A stretch of DNA of 35,023 nucleotides from a virus. Taxonomy: Duplodnaviria > Heunggongvirae > Uroviricota > Caudoviricetes. Shown here piece after piece: positions 1 to 8,464 of the stretch; position 1 is the stretch's first letter, and each line of letters starts with the position of its first letter. The notes below the pieces were generated by a model. That model saw only the letters and a list, made by a program, of their open reading frames with translations, had not been told where the DNA came from and ran no database searches. The position numbers and the translations under genes were made by a program. The stretch is from the IMG/VR virus record IMGVR_UViG_3300018488_000300; one strand, 5' to 3'.

Positions 1-31
1 ACTCTTTCCCTACACGACGCTCTTCCGATCT
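1..31 (+). other. Illumina TruSeq Read-1 adapter/primer remnant (artifact)
   Basis: ACTCTTTCCCTACACGACGCTCTTCCGATCT is the TruSeq Read 1 primer sequence lacking its first two bases; it cuts the virD4 ORF mid-gene. Confidence 0.97.
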
Positions 32-1540
32 AAAGTCTGGAATCTGTCCAATATTTGCAAACTCATCAAGCAGGAACCTTACCGGATATGGCAGACGAAT
101 TGCACCTTTTTGGATTGTGGCTTTCTGAAGTTTTTCCTGATATTTCTTAGCATCTTCTTCTGTATTAAACACCTTTTCAAAATTTCTGGCTTTCAGCAAA
201 TATCTGTTGTTTTTTGTTCTACGTACATTTGCACGCTTGATTGATTCCAATAATCTTTTTGCATCTCTTTCTGTATATTTGTCACCTTTTTCATTCTTAC
301 GCGCAATTGCTAAGACATCATTTCCTTCTTTGACATAGTATTCAAATGGACATTCGTTTTCAGCATGATAATATAAGGTTTCGAATAATTGAGAATACAT
401 CATGGAAACTAAGAAGTTATATGTATCATCCGCTGCGGGAATTACTACGAAAAGTGCTGTTTTTTCATCTCCAACAGATTTTAAATTTAAATCATCCTTC
501 ATTGTAAGGTTTTCAATCTCTTTCAGGTTAAATACGGTAAGCCGGACTGCACACGAAATCAAGATTGATTTTAAAGTTTTTCCAGCACCCATTTTAAAAG
601 TTTTATATTGTTTTACGGCAATGCTATTTGGGTCGGTAGCTTCCAATTTGGCAAATAGTTTATCAAGTGGTGACTGTGCATTCGGATCATTTTCATTTAC
701 TTCTGCTGCCTGCAGAAGTTTCATTACGTTTGTGAAGTTCTTATCTTCATCCGGAATGTTTTTGTTATCCTTTAAATAAAAAACCAAAGCCTGTAACAAA
801 GCTGTTTCAGATTTTTCCCAGAATGGATCTCCTCCCTTCTGTCCGTTGTTGGTATTTTTAATCAAACAGTTAATCATCATCAATACTCCAAGGTCATCCC
901 TTATATATTCAAATGGATTATAAGAATTGGAATGCTCCATGTCGACTAAATTAAATACTTTAATTTTATAGCCATGTTTTTCAAGCATCTTTCCTTCACT
1001 TTCAAGGATTTCGCCCTTAGGATCGGTGCAAATCAGGCTGCAATTTGCCTGGAGGATATTCGGCTTAATCATAAATCTGGTTTTTCCTGATCCTGATCCA
1101 CCAACCACTAAAACATTATTATTACGTCTTGTCTGATGTGAATTCATGCTTAAAGAGATATCCTGTGTCAAAATGATATTATTAAATGGATTCTTCATAT
1201 CTGTATATTTCTTTTTGAATTTGTCGATATTTTCCGACCACTTAGCTGAGCCTGCTGGGTCTTTAATTGTTTTACTGTTTACTTCTCCTTGAATTTTGAT
1301 ATACAGCGCAGCAAATGCTAAAGCTCCCGAATAATATAAAAGACATATGAATGTACTTCCATTTATTGTGATATTCATTGGATCAGATATAAGTGACATG
1401 AGGCCATTAAATACAGCAGTAATGATATTTTTATCCGCTGCGTATGATGGTCCTGAATGCAGGGCTAAAAGAATGACAAAAATAATGCCTAATGTCAATG
1501 AAAAAACTATAGTGAATAAATCTTGTTTTTTAGGTTTCAT
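32..1540 (-). CDS. virD4: Type IV coupling protein VirD4/TraG (3'-truncated by the adapter)
   Basis: Hand-translated open frame of 503 codons from ATG 1540 (GGAGA RBS). It has two N-terminal TM helices, GSAKW, RRNNNVLVVGGSGSGKTRF (Walker A), TDPKGE, YNPF, DPFWE and RLPYPVRFLLDEFANIG (Walker B). Absent from the ORF track because it has no stop codon. Confidence 0.93.
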
Positions 1541-1573
1541 ACCAATCTCCTTTTCCTTTTATTTTTCTGAAAT

Positions 1574-1580
1574 TAGTATG
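1574..1580 (-). promoter_or_regulatory. CATACTA promoter-like motif upstream of virD4
   Basis: TAGTATG on + strand, about 34 nt before the start codon. Confidence 0.55.
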
Positions 1581-1624
1581 AATTTTGGCTTATCTAAAAA
1601 TCAATGATATGAACCAACCAAAGC

Positions 1625-1649
1625 AAAAAAGGGCATTTCTGCCCTTTTT
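1625..1649. terminator. Rho-independent terminator after the 576-aa ORF
   Basis: AAAAAGGGCA-TTTC-TGCCCTTTTT hairpin with A/T tracts on both sides. Confidence 0.75.
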
Positions 1650-3378
1650 ACTCGTCTCTGTCATCTCGATTATTATGGTTTTTATCGAAAAAATCATCTG
1701 GTTCATCATAATCATGATTATGGTCAAATGAATCGTCCATGTCTCTTTCTCTATCCTTTTCTTGTTTACATTCTTCGTATGCCTCATCCAGTGCCCGTGC
1801 CATATGATATGGGTCTCTTACTTTTTCAAATAAAAAATTCTGTTCTATTATATCCATGATCTCAGCAACCCTATCTTTATCACCTAGATTATCTAACAAT
1901 ATCTCCTCAATTGCCTTTGGAGAGCTCTCTTCTGCAATTAAATCAAACACATCCATTCCTACTAAATCCGAAATCAGGCTTTCCCTGTTGTCATTGATTA
2001 TCTGTATATACCTATGATCCAACTCACTCATTACAGATGAATTTTTTATGTATGATTGAGCCAATGGTTCTTCTCCATTATGAGTGTATTCTAATTCATG
2101 GTTTTTGAATCTTCTTCCTTTTTCTTCTTTCTTTAATTTATCAAACTCTTCCTGACTTAATACAAGCAAGGTTCTATTATCTGCAGACATATTTTTTAAT
2201 GAAAATATATCCAATTCTTTATCTGCGCATTTTGTATCGACCAACAGGTGTTTATCTGCTTTATCGATTGATATATTAGCACCTATTTTCATGTAAGTAT
2301 CCCTATCCAACTCATATGCAAAATCTTTTCCATCTGGAACAATTGTGGCTGGAACAACGTATTTTATATCATTAAGCTCATTGACTTTTTTTGTGATTTG
2401 TTCCTTTGTTAATTCATTAACATCTAATTTTTTAATTTCATCAATCAACTTTTCTCTTGCTTCTTTCGATATTGTACTATTCTTTACTAAATCAACAAGC
2501 TTTTCCCGCACATCTTTATCGATATCCAGTTTATTTAATCCAGTGTAAACATATGATATGTTTCTTCTATCTCTTTTTATCTTATCAATATCCAGTACCT
2601 TTTCATTCAGATTTTTTCTGTACTCAACCCTCTTGGCATAATAGTCTTCTATTTCTTTTGCTTCTTTTGTATTCTCCAGATATAACTGTTTTGCTAATAA
2701 TCCCTTAACAATATTAGGAATTGAATATGGTCCTGACTTAACAATTTTACCATTATCCTTTCTTATTTTGCGTTCAAACGTGGATTCAAGAAAACCAACA
2801 TCGACACGTGTTTCTCCATTATTCTCATAGTATTTTGGGAATAATGTAACTTTATTTAGTGGATAATCCAGCTTTGAAATATCGGATAACAGCTGTTCAT
2901 ACTGTGGTTCTGTTAAACCTTTTATTTCTCTCATTGGATTGTCTTTTAGTTTCCCAACATATTCATCTGATTTGATTCTATCTATTTCCGGTAATAATCC
3001 AGCTCTTGCCAAAGCTTCTGATACTACTTTCTCCACCTGTTCCCTATGATTTGAAAAATATAATATGCTCGGAATACTATTTTTGTCATCATCATCAATG
3101 CCGATGATTATTGCTGCAAGCCGCTTTTCTCTATTTAATATATCCTTTGTAATTTCCACTATTTCCGGTGAAAGTGCCCTCGTAACTATTTTATCATTTT
3201 TTGATGTATTTGGATCTAGAGCATGATTAATAATCAGTTGTCCAAGTTCCTTTGTCCCTCGGTTTTTTAAAAAGGCATCTAACAGCCTTGATGCTGCATC
3301 GATAGAAATTCCCATACTTCTAGCGATGACTTCATAACCTTTTGACATGGCTTGCATGTCCTTTGCAATATCTCCCAA
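1648..3378 (-). CDS. Hypothetical protein, paralog of 3396-4802, acidic C-terminal tail
   Basis: 576-aa ORF, TTG start with GGAGG RBS; shares NPMxEIKG, TLFP, DVGF and GPYSIPxI with its neighbour. Confidence 0.85.
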   Translation of the reverse strand: MGDIAKDMQAMSKGYEVIARSMGISIDAASRLLDAFLKNRGTKELGQLIINHALDPNTSKNDKIVTRALSPEIVEITKDILNREKRLAAIIIGIDDDDKNSIPSILYFSNHREQVEKVVSEALARAGLLPEIDRIKSDEYVGKLKDNPMREIKGLTEPQYEQLLSDISKLDYPLNKVTLFPKYYENNGETRVDVGFLESTFERKIRKDNGKIVKSGPYSIPNIVKGLLAKQLYLENTKEAKEIEDYYAKRVEYRKNLNEKVLDIDKIKRDRRNISYVYTGLNKLDIDKDVREKLVDLVKNSTISKEAREKLIDEIKKLDVNELTKEQITKKVNELNDIKYVVPATIVPDGKDFAYELDRDTYMKIGANISIDKADKHLLVDTKCADKELDIFSLKNMSADNRTLLVLSQEEFDKLKKEEKGRRFKNHELEYTHNGEEPLAQSYIKNSSVMSELDHRYIQIINDNRESLISDLVGMDVFDLIAEESSPKAIEEILLDNLGDKDRVAEIMDIIEQNFLFEKVRDPYHMARALDEAYEECKQEKDRERDMDDSFDHNHDYDEPDDFFDKNHNNRDDRDE

Positions 3379-3395
3379 TTATATTACCTCCTTTT

Positions 3396-4802
3396 TTATC
3401 GTGCAATCTCCTCATGGTCTGCAATTGACCTATGAGCTTCCAACTCGGTTCGTTCATTATTAATTAATTCACTTACCTTATCATGTGATTCATAAACAGA
3501 GGCCAATGAATATGCCTGTTCCAATTCGCTTAATAGTTCCATTTCTCTTGTATCCAGTTTTTCATCTATTTCGAGCCAGTCTGTAAAGTCCTCATCTTCT
3601 CTCATGATGATTTCATGAACAGATGCTACAATATAGTTTTCTAAATTTGTGAGATTCCGTCCATTAAAATCATCTGACATCAAAAGAACCTGTTCCCTCT
3701 TCCGATTCAACATTCCTATCAAAGACTCTGATATCTGTTTATCCCGCATCTCTTTTGGTTCAGCATAAACAGGCATTGGATTTTCTTTATAGAACTGTAT
3801 GTTTTTCGGATCAATCATGATATCATTTTTAAACAGATTAAACTCGTCTACTGTCATTGGGACAAGCGTATGATTCAATCCAATAAGACGACTGGCTATG
3901 AATTTATTCACATCATTTATGTTTATATCGCTTTCATAATAATCAACTTCATAAGCCTGGTCCATAAAAACATTGTAATCCTCTTTGCCAACAATCGCCG
4001 GAACAAGATAATAAGGATTATCTGACTCGTAGTACATATCAATGATATTTTGCATCAGTTCATGATTTTTCTTTTGTATTTCCTCATACTTCTTTTCCAT
4101 CTCCGGTTTTTCTAATATTGCACTGGCTAATATAACTGAAGCAATTTTAGGGATGGAATACGGTCCAGCCATTTCTTTGATAGAACCCTTTTTCATCATG
4201 ATGGATTCTGTTTTTGCGAAAAACCCAACATCGATTTTGTCGTTATCCTGCTGGCTAGGGAATAAGGTGAATCTCATTTCATATGGTAATTTTTTTATAT
4301 TCTTTTTCATATTTTCATATATCCCTTTTCTTACTCCCTTGATTTCCAACATAGGATTCGTGTCCTTTATCGCCCTAGCAAATAAATCAGCATCTTCACG
4401 AGTGATTTCTTCAGCGGTACCTGAAACCGCACAGGCTTCCAATAACAAACGATTAAATTCATCTATTTGTCCTGATAAAACCAGTACACTGATTTTATCG
4501 TTTTTCCCGTAAGTCCGGCCACTATCTCCGCTAAAATCAATCAGGATTATTCCAACTGACTCTCTTTTGCATATTTCAATCAGACTTTTTAATGCTCCTA
4601 TATCAACTGATTTCGATATTAATGTCGAGCTTTTATATTCTGGCTGTAAATATGCCTGGCATAGTAAGGATACCTGATTCTTGAATTCATCATCCTCCAA
4701 AGATTGGTCAACAATTTCTTTTGCTCGTTCAGGATTTGATAACGATCGGATTAATAATTTTGATAATATATTCCTCAGTTCCGTATCATTTAGTTTGTTC
4801 AT
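3396..4802 (-). CDS. Hypothetical protein, paralog of 1648-3378
   Basis: 468-aa ORF with GGAG RBS and the shared motifs listed for 1648-3378. Confidence 0.85.
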   Translation of the reverse strand: MNKLNDTELRNILSKLLIRSLSNPERAKEIVDQSLEDDEFKNQVSLLCQAYLQPEYKSSTLISKSVDIGALKSLIEICKRESVGIILIDFSGDSGRTYGKNDKISVLVLSGQIDEFNRLLLEACAVSGTAEEITREDADLFARAIKDTNPMLEIKGVRKGIYENMKKNIKKLPYEMRFTLFPSQQDNDKIDVGFFAKTESIMMKKGSIKEMAGPYSIPKIASVILASAILEKPEMEKKYEEIQKKNHELMQNIIDMYYESDNPYYLVPAIVGKEDYNVFMDQAYEVDYYESDININDVNKFIASRLIGLNHTLVPMTVDEFNLFKNDIMIDPKNIQFYKENPMPVYAEPKEMRDKQISESLIGMLNRKREQVLLMSDDFNGRNLTNLENYIVASVHEIIMREDEDFTDWLEIDEKLDTREMELLSELEQAYSLASVYESHDKVSELINNERTELEAHRSIADHEEIAR

Positions 4803-4974
4803 AATCGCACTCCTTTGCTATATAGTAAAATCTTAAACATATTAAGATTGACTATTTATAGTTATTATGTTTTTTTAATCTTTGCAAAAACAAAAAAAAA
4901 GAGGATGTTCTGCTTAATTAGCTTGTTTTTATCAGTAAAGAATATCTTCTTAAATATCAATCAAATAATCATCG

Positions 4975-4981
4975 CATACTA
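4975..4981 (+). promoter_or_regulatory. CATACTA promoter-like motif
   Basis: About 50 nt upstream of ATG 5032. Confidence 0.5.
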
Positions 4982-5031
4982 TCTGTGTTCAAAACATAAA
5001 AAAAGATGATTTAAAAATATGGAGGTAAAAA

Positions 5032-5262
5032 ATGAAATGTATACTGACTACCTATGTAGAAAGGGAACTATCTGCCCAGGAATGTAATGATTTAGAAGCA
5101 GCTAAAATTGCGATGAGAACCGATTATGAAAAGGTGTTAGGTGAAGAACTAGAAGAAAAGGAAAATAATAATGAAGCAGAATATTGTGAAGATGGCCTAT
5201 GTGCATGGGCGAATGATGTGAATCATAATAACTATGACTGGAAAATTGTAGAACTATCATGA
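5032..5262 (+). CDS. Small acidic hypothetical protein
   Basis: 76 aa, GGAGG RBS, followed by a terminator. Confidence 0.8.
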   Translation: MKCILTTYVERELSAQECNDLEAAKIAMRTDYEKVLGEELEEKENNNEAEYCEDGLCAWANDVNHNNYDWKIVELS

Positions 5263-5266
5263 ATAT

Positions 5267-5292
5267 AAAAAAAGAGGGATACCCTCTTTTTT
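5267..5292. terminator. Bidirectional Rho-independent terminator
   Basis: AAAAAAGAGGG-ATA-CCCTCTTTTTT. Confidence 0.75.
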
Positions 5293-5321
5293 ATAATTTC
5301 TCTGGTAAGTTTCTTCCTATG

Positions 5322-5480
5322 TATTCTAATCCGTCTATTGACACTCCACACGACTAAAGTCGTGGGATTCTTGCTTCAGCGACCACTACATTGCTACGAA
5401 AGCTTTAGTTTTACACGATCTCCACAAGCGTAAATTCCCGTATGTCCTACGGTACTGATATGTTTTATGCTACTGAAAGC
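5322..5480 (-). ncRNA. TnpB omega-RNA (right-end RNA); predicted guide from the flank 5337-5322
   Basis: Established IS605 biology: the RNA overlaps the tnpB 3' end and right end and the guide comes from flanking DNA. The 5' boundary is approximate. Confidence 0.7.
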
Positions 5481-6610
5481 CCTTTCTTTAGGATATTTAT
5501 GCTTGCATTGGTGTCCCTGTCGTGCGTTGTATGGCACACCGGACACTCCCATTTACGGATTGCAAGATTTCTTACCAATGGGTTCTTGTATCCACAACAA
5601 GAGCAGGTCTGACTGCTTGGGTACATAGTCGGTACTTTAATGATGTCATTTCCATACCAATCAGCTTTGTACTTAAGCATTGTAAAGAACTTTGACCATG
5701 ATACGCTTGCTATGGATTTCGCAAGTTTATGATTACGAACCATGCCTTTTACATTCAAGTCCTCTATGCAGATAGTTTGGTTTTCACTAACAAGCATAGT
5801 TGACTGTTTCTGCAAAAAGTCATTCCGCTGATTTGTAATCTTCTCATGTACCTTGGCAACTTTGATACGCTGTTTATTGCGGTTATTTGAGCCTTTTTGC
5901 TTACGGGATAGCCTGCGTTGCTCACGGATGAGCTTACGCTGCGACTTCTCCAGATACTTAGGATTGTTTACAGTATTTCCGTTGCTGTCGGAGTAAAATT
6001 CCTTGATACCTACATCAATGCCGACCATACATCCGGCATTCGGACGAAACTCCGGCTCAAAGTCAACATTCAGGACAACAAAGTATTTGCCTGTCGGAGT
6101 ACGTTCTACAGTGACATTATTGATATGCCCAGCTTCCATAGACTGCTTGATTTTGACATATCCAAGTTTCGGGAGCTTGATATATTTACTAACAATGCGG
6201 ATGTTATCGCCTTGGTTGAGGGTTCTGTATGACTGATGGTTATTGTGCTTGCTCTTGAACTGCGGATGCCTTGCGCGCTTTTCAAAGAAGTTTTTAAAGC
6301 CACGGTCTAAATCCCTTAATGACTGTTGAAGCGCAATAGAATCAACGTCTTTCAGAAAAGCAAAGCCATCCTGCTTTTTAAGGTCTGTAAGCATTGCAGA
6401 GGTCTGGTTATAGCCGATTTTCTGACCTCTGCCGAATGCATCGCTGCGCATGGCAAGACCTTTGTTGTAGATGAATCTGCAACATCCAAGCGTCTGATTT
6501 ACTAAGTTTTGTTGCTGTTTATTGGGATATGCCCTAAACTTAATACCTTTTTGCGAACTCGAACGTCTCGTGTTCGAGGTTCGAATTTCTGTCTTCGATA
6601 GAATTTGCAT
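5465..6610 (-). CDS. tnpB: RNA-guided endonuclease TnpB
   Basis: KFRAYP HTH start, RuvC-I GIDVG, RuvC-II IEDL, Zn finger CSCC/CPVC, RuvC-III DRDTNA. Confidence 0.95.
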   Translation of the reverse strand: MQILSKTEIRTSNTRRSSSQKGIKFRAYPNKQQQNLVNQTLGCCRFIYNKGLAMRSDAFGRGQKIGYNQTSAMLTDLKKQDGFAFLKDVDSIALQQSLRDLDRGFKNFFEKRARHPQFKSKHNNHQSYRTLNQGDNIRIVSKYIKLPKLGYVKIKQSMEAGHINNVTVERTPTGKYFVVLNVDFEPEFRPNAGCMVGIDVGIKEFYSDSNGNTVNNPKYLEKSQRKLIREQRRLSRKQKGSNNRNKQRIKVAKVHEKITNQRNDFLQKQSTMLVSENQTICIEDLNVKGMVRNHKLAKSIASVSWSKFFTMLKYKADWYGNDIIKVPTMYPSSQTCSCCGYKNPLVRNLAIRKWECPVCHTTHDRDTNASINILKKGLSVA

Positions 6611-6618
6611 ACTGTCAC

Positions 6619-7020
6619 CTACGGTCTTGTTTTTTGGGTATCAACGTACCATTGGATGGTTTCAGAGCTTACATTGCCCGCCGTGCTGACAAAATAGCTT
6701 CGTGTCCAGAGACTTGGCATGGCTTTAAGCCGTGGAAACTCTTCCCTTAGTTTTAGGGATGTGGCGCCCTTGATTTGCTTCATGATGTTTGGAATGCTCA
6801 TAGTTGGTAATACGCTAACAAAAATATGAACATGGTCTATATGGCATTCTAAAGCAAAAATTTCAATACCGCATTTATCACATTCAGCTATGGTCAGTTC
6901 CTTAAACCGTTGTTCTACTCCCGGAATATTGAATATTTTTCTCCTGTACCGTGGGCAGAATACAAAATGATAGTTAATCAGCGATACTGTTGTTTTAGTG
7001 TACTTATATTCGTTTTTCAT
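6619..7020 (-). CDS. tnpA: Y1 (HUH) transposase TnpA
   Basis: YHFVFCPRYRR, DHVHIF (HUH), LWTRSYFVSTAG and the catalytic Tyr in IQWYVDTQ. Confidence 0.95.
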   Translation of the reverse strand: MKNEYKYTKTTVSLINYHFVFCPRYRRKIFNIPGVEQRFKELTIAECDKCGIEIFALECHIDHVHIFVSVLPTMSIPNIMKQIKGATSLKLREEFPRLKAMPSLWTRSYFVSTAGNVSSETIQWYVDTQKTRP

Positions 7021-7026
7021 GAGTAT

Positions 7027-7055
7027 ATGGTATCACATTTGTAGATGATAGTCAA
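7027..7055 (-). promoter_or_regulatory. Sigma-A-type promoter of tnpA (probably leaderless mRNA)
   Basis: TTGACT-17 nt-TACCAT with a TG extension, 6 nt before ATG 7020; no RBS. Confidence 0.6.
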
Positions 7056-7133
7056 ATTTATATCTACAATTAAAGAGGGCGCGGGCTATCATCCTCACGG
7101 TTGAAACCGTGGGTTTTCCCGCCCGCAATGGTT

Positions 7134-7151
7134 ATAAATTTTAGTGCTCAT
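7134..7151 (-). pseudogene. 5' part (MSTKIY) of a small ORF interrupted by the IS605; 3' part at 5291-5337
   Basis: AAAGGA RBS and ATG 7151; joining the flanks with one shared A gives MSTKIYIDGLEYIGRNLPEKL*. Confidence 0.45.
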
Positions 7152-7196
7152 TCGTTTTCCTTTCTTTTATTTTTCTCCTGCTTCTTTTTATAACGA

Positions 7197-7203
7197 TAGT
7201 ATG
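7197..7203 (-). promoter_or_regulatory. CATACTA promoter-like motif
   Basis: About 46 nt upstream of ATG 7151. Confidence 0.5.
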
Positions 7204-7248
7204 TATTTTTTTAATTAGCTAAGATATCCATATGAAGAATGTTACAAA

Positions 7249-7330
7249 GGAACTTAGTGACTCGAACCACAAATGATTAACTTATGGGCCGGTTGTTCTA
7301 CCCAATCAATTAAAAAAAAACTGAATCTCC
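7249..7330 (-). pseudogene. Degenerate tRNA-like sequence, anticodon CAT
   Basis: GGAGATT/AAGTTCC acceptor-like ends, GGTAGAAC D-arm remnant, CCCATAA loop and GGTTCGAGTC T-loop. The anticodon stem does not pair, the D-loop is expanded by T9, and there is no CCA. Confidence 0.5.
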
Positions 7331-7353
7331 GGTTTTAATCTTTTTGCATATCA

Positions 7354-8463
7354 TTATTTTAATTTTAAAATAGAACAAATCTCGGCTACAGCATCATCAA
7401 TACTTCCATTATTATCAATGATATAATCACAAAGCTCTTCGTTTTTCTTTTCATCATCCAGGGAAACAATCCTGTTAACAATATCCTCCTTCGTTGTTTT
7501 ACCATCCATAAGGCGCTGCAGCATTACATCAACTAATTTCATCCTGTCCCTTTTAATGTACATGATGACTGTCTGATACTGCATTTTCAGGACCATTGCA
7601 CCAGAGATATCAATTGCCATGATACAATGTTTTCCATTATATAATACATCATTGATACTATCCAGTTCTGTACCGTACTTCTCACCTGCATATACTGTGG
7701 TTTCAGCAAATCTCTGATCCGCTTTCATTCTTTCAAATTCCGAATCAGATACAAAGTGATAATAATCATCACCATCACGAGGGATTCTTGTTGTTGCAGA
7801 CACAGGTCTGTCAATCTTTTCATACTGGAGAAGCTCATTTAGCAATGTTGTCTTTCCAGATCCACTCGGTCCTACCAATGCAACTACAGTCGGCTTTCTA
7901 AGTGAAATCGATGTTTCAGCATATGATGCCTTGACACAATCAACAACATTTAAAAATTCATCGTAATTATTGATTGCTAATACACCTGTGATATGCTCAT
8001 TCCATGGACGTCTAAAAAGAACCGGATATTTAGCTGCTGACACCAAGACATTATGTGCTCCATCATCCAATGTAAAGTCAACATTGATAACATCTTTTCT
8101 TGATGCTGGAATAATATTACTTGGCTTGATTTCTGGAAAGAATTTTTTGATTTGATTAATCCTTATATTGATGGATTCCGGCTCGATTGCAGTTACGATG
8201 AATATTTCCACTTTCTTACTTAATTTTTTTATAAACTGCTGCGCTCTTGGATATGGAAGCTGCCGTTTATAGAATTCCGGATCTTTAAAGAAGTCCAGCA
8301 ATGGTTCTGCTCTTGTCCCTGCAAGGTTCCAAGCCTTAATCTCATTTACAGTCACTGGTGGATTGAATACACCATTCTCATTTGCCAATTCGCAGGCCAA
8401 TGAAACACATGGCATTAAGACATCATCTACATCAATAGCCGCTGAGTATCTATAGTTTTTCAT
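7354..8463 (-). CDS. Fusion: NT5C-type HAD 5'(3')-deoxyribonucleotidase + guanylate kinase-like domain
   Basis: N-terminal IDVDDVL and LDDGAHN (HAD motifs I/IV); C-terminal GPSGSGKTT, SATTRIPR, YHF and KYGT. Confidence 0.85.
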   Translation of the reverse strand: MKNYRYSAAIDVDDVLMPCVSLACELANENGVFNPPVTVNEIKAWNLAGTRAEPLLDFFKDPEFYKRQLPYPRAQQFIKKLSKKVEIFIVTAIEPESINIRINQIKKFFPEIKPSNIIPASRKDVINVDFTLDDGAHNVLVSAAKYPVLFRRPWNEHITGVLAINNYDEFLNVVDCVKASYAETSISLRKPTVVALVGPSGSGKTTLLNELLQYEKIDRPVSATTRIPRDGDDYYHFVSDSEFERMKADQRFAETTVYAGEKYGTELDSINDVLYNGKHCIMAIDISGAMVLKMQYQTVIMYIKRDRMKLVDVMLQRLMDGKTTKEDIVNRIVSLDDEKKNEELCDYIIDNNGSIDDAVAEICSILKLK

Positions 8464-8464
8464 T

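Larger units (their letters stand above)
5338..7133 (-). mobile_element. IS200/IS605-family element (IS605 group, tnpA+tnpB), apparently intact
   Basis: Left-end hairpin CACGGT-TGAA-ACCGTG (7096-7111) preceded on the minus strand by TTTAT. Right-end hairpin CACGACT-TT-AGTCGTG ending in ...GTGTCAA at 5338. Boundaries +/-1 nt. Confidence 0.9.

Noticed and set aside
100-355. VirD4 insertion as an intein or intron
   Set aside because: No Cys/Ser start with His-Asn end splice signature, no homing-endonuclease motif, and the frame is continuous.
5465-6610. TnpB as a nuclease-dead TldR-type regulator
   Set aside because: All three RuvC acidic residues are present, and it sits with tnpA inside intact IS ends.
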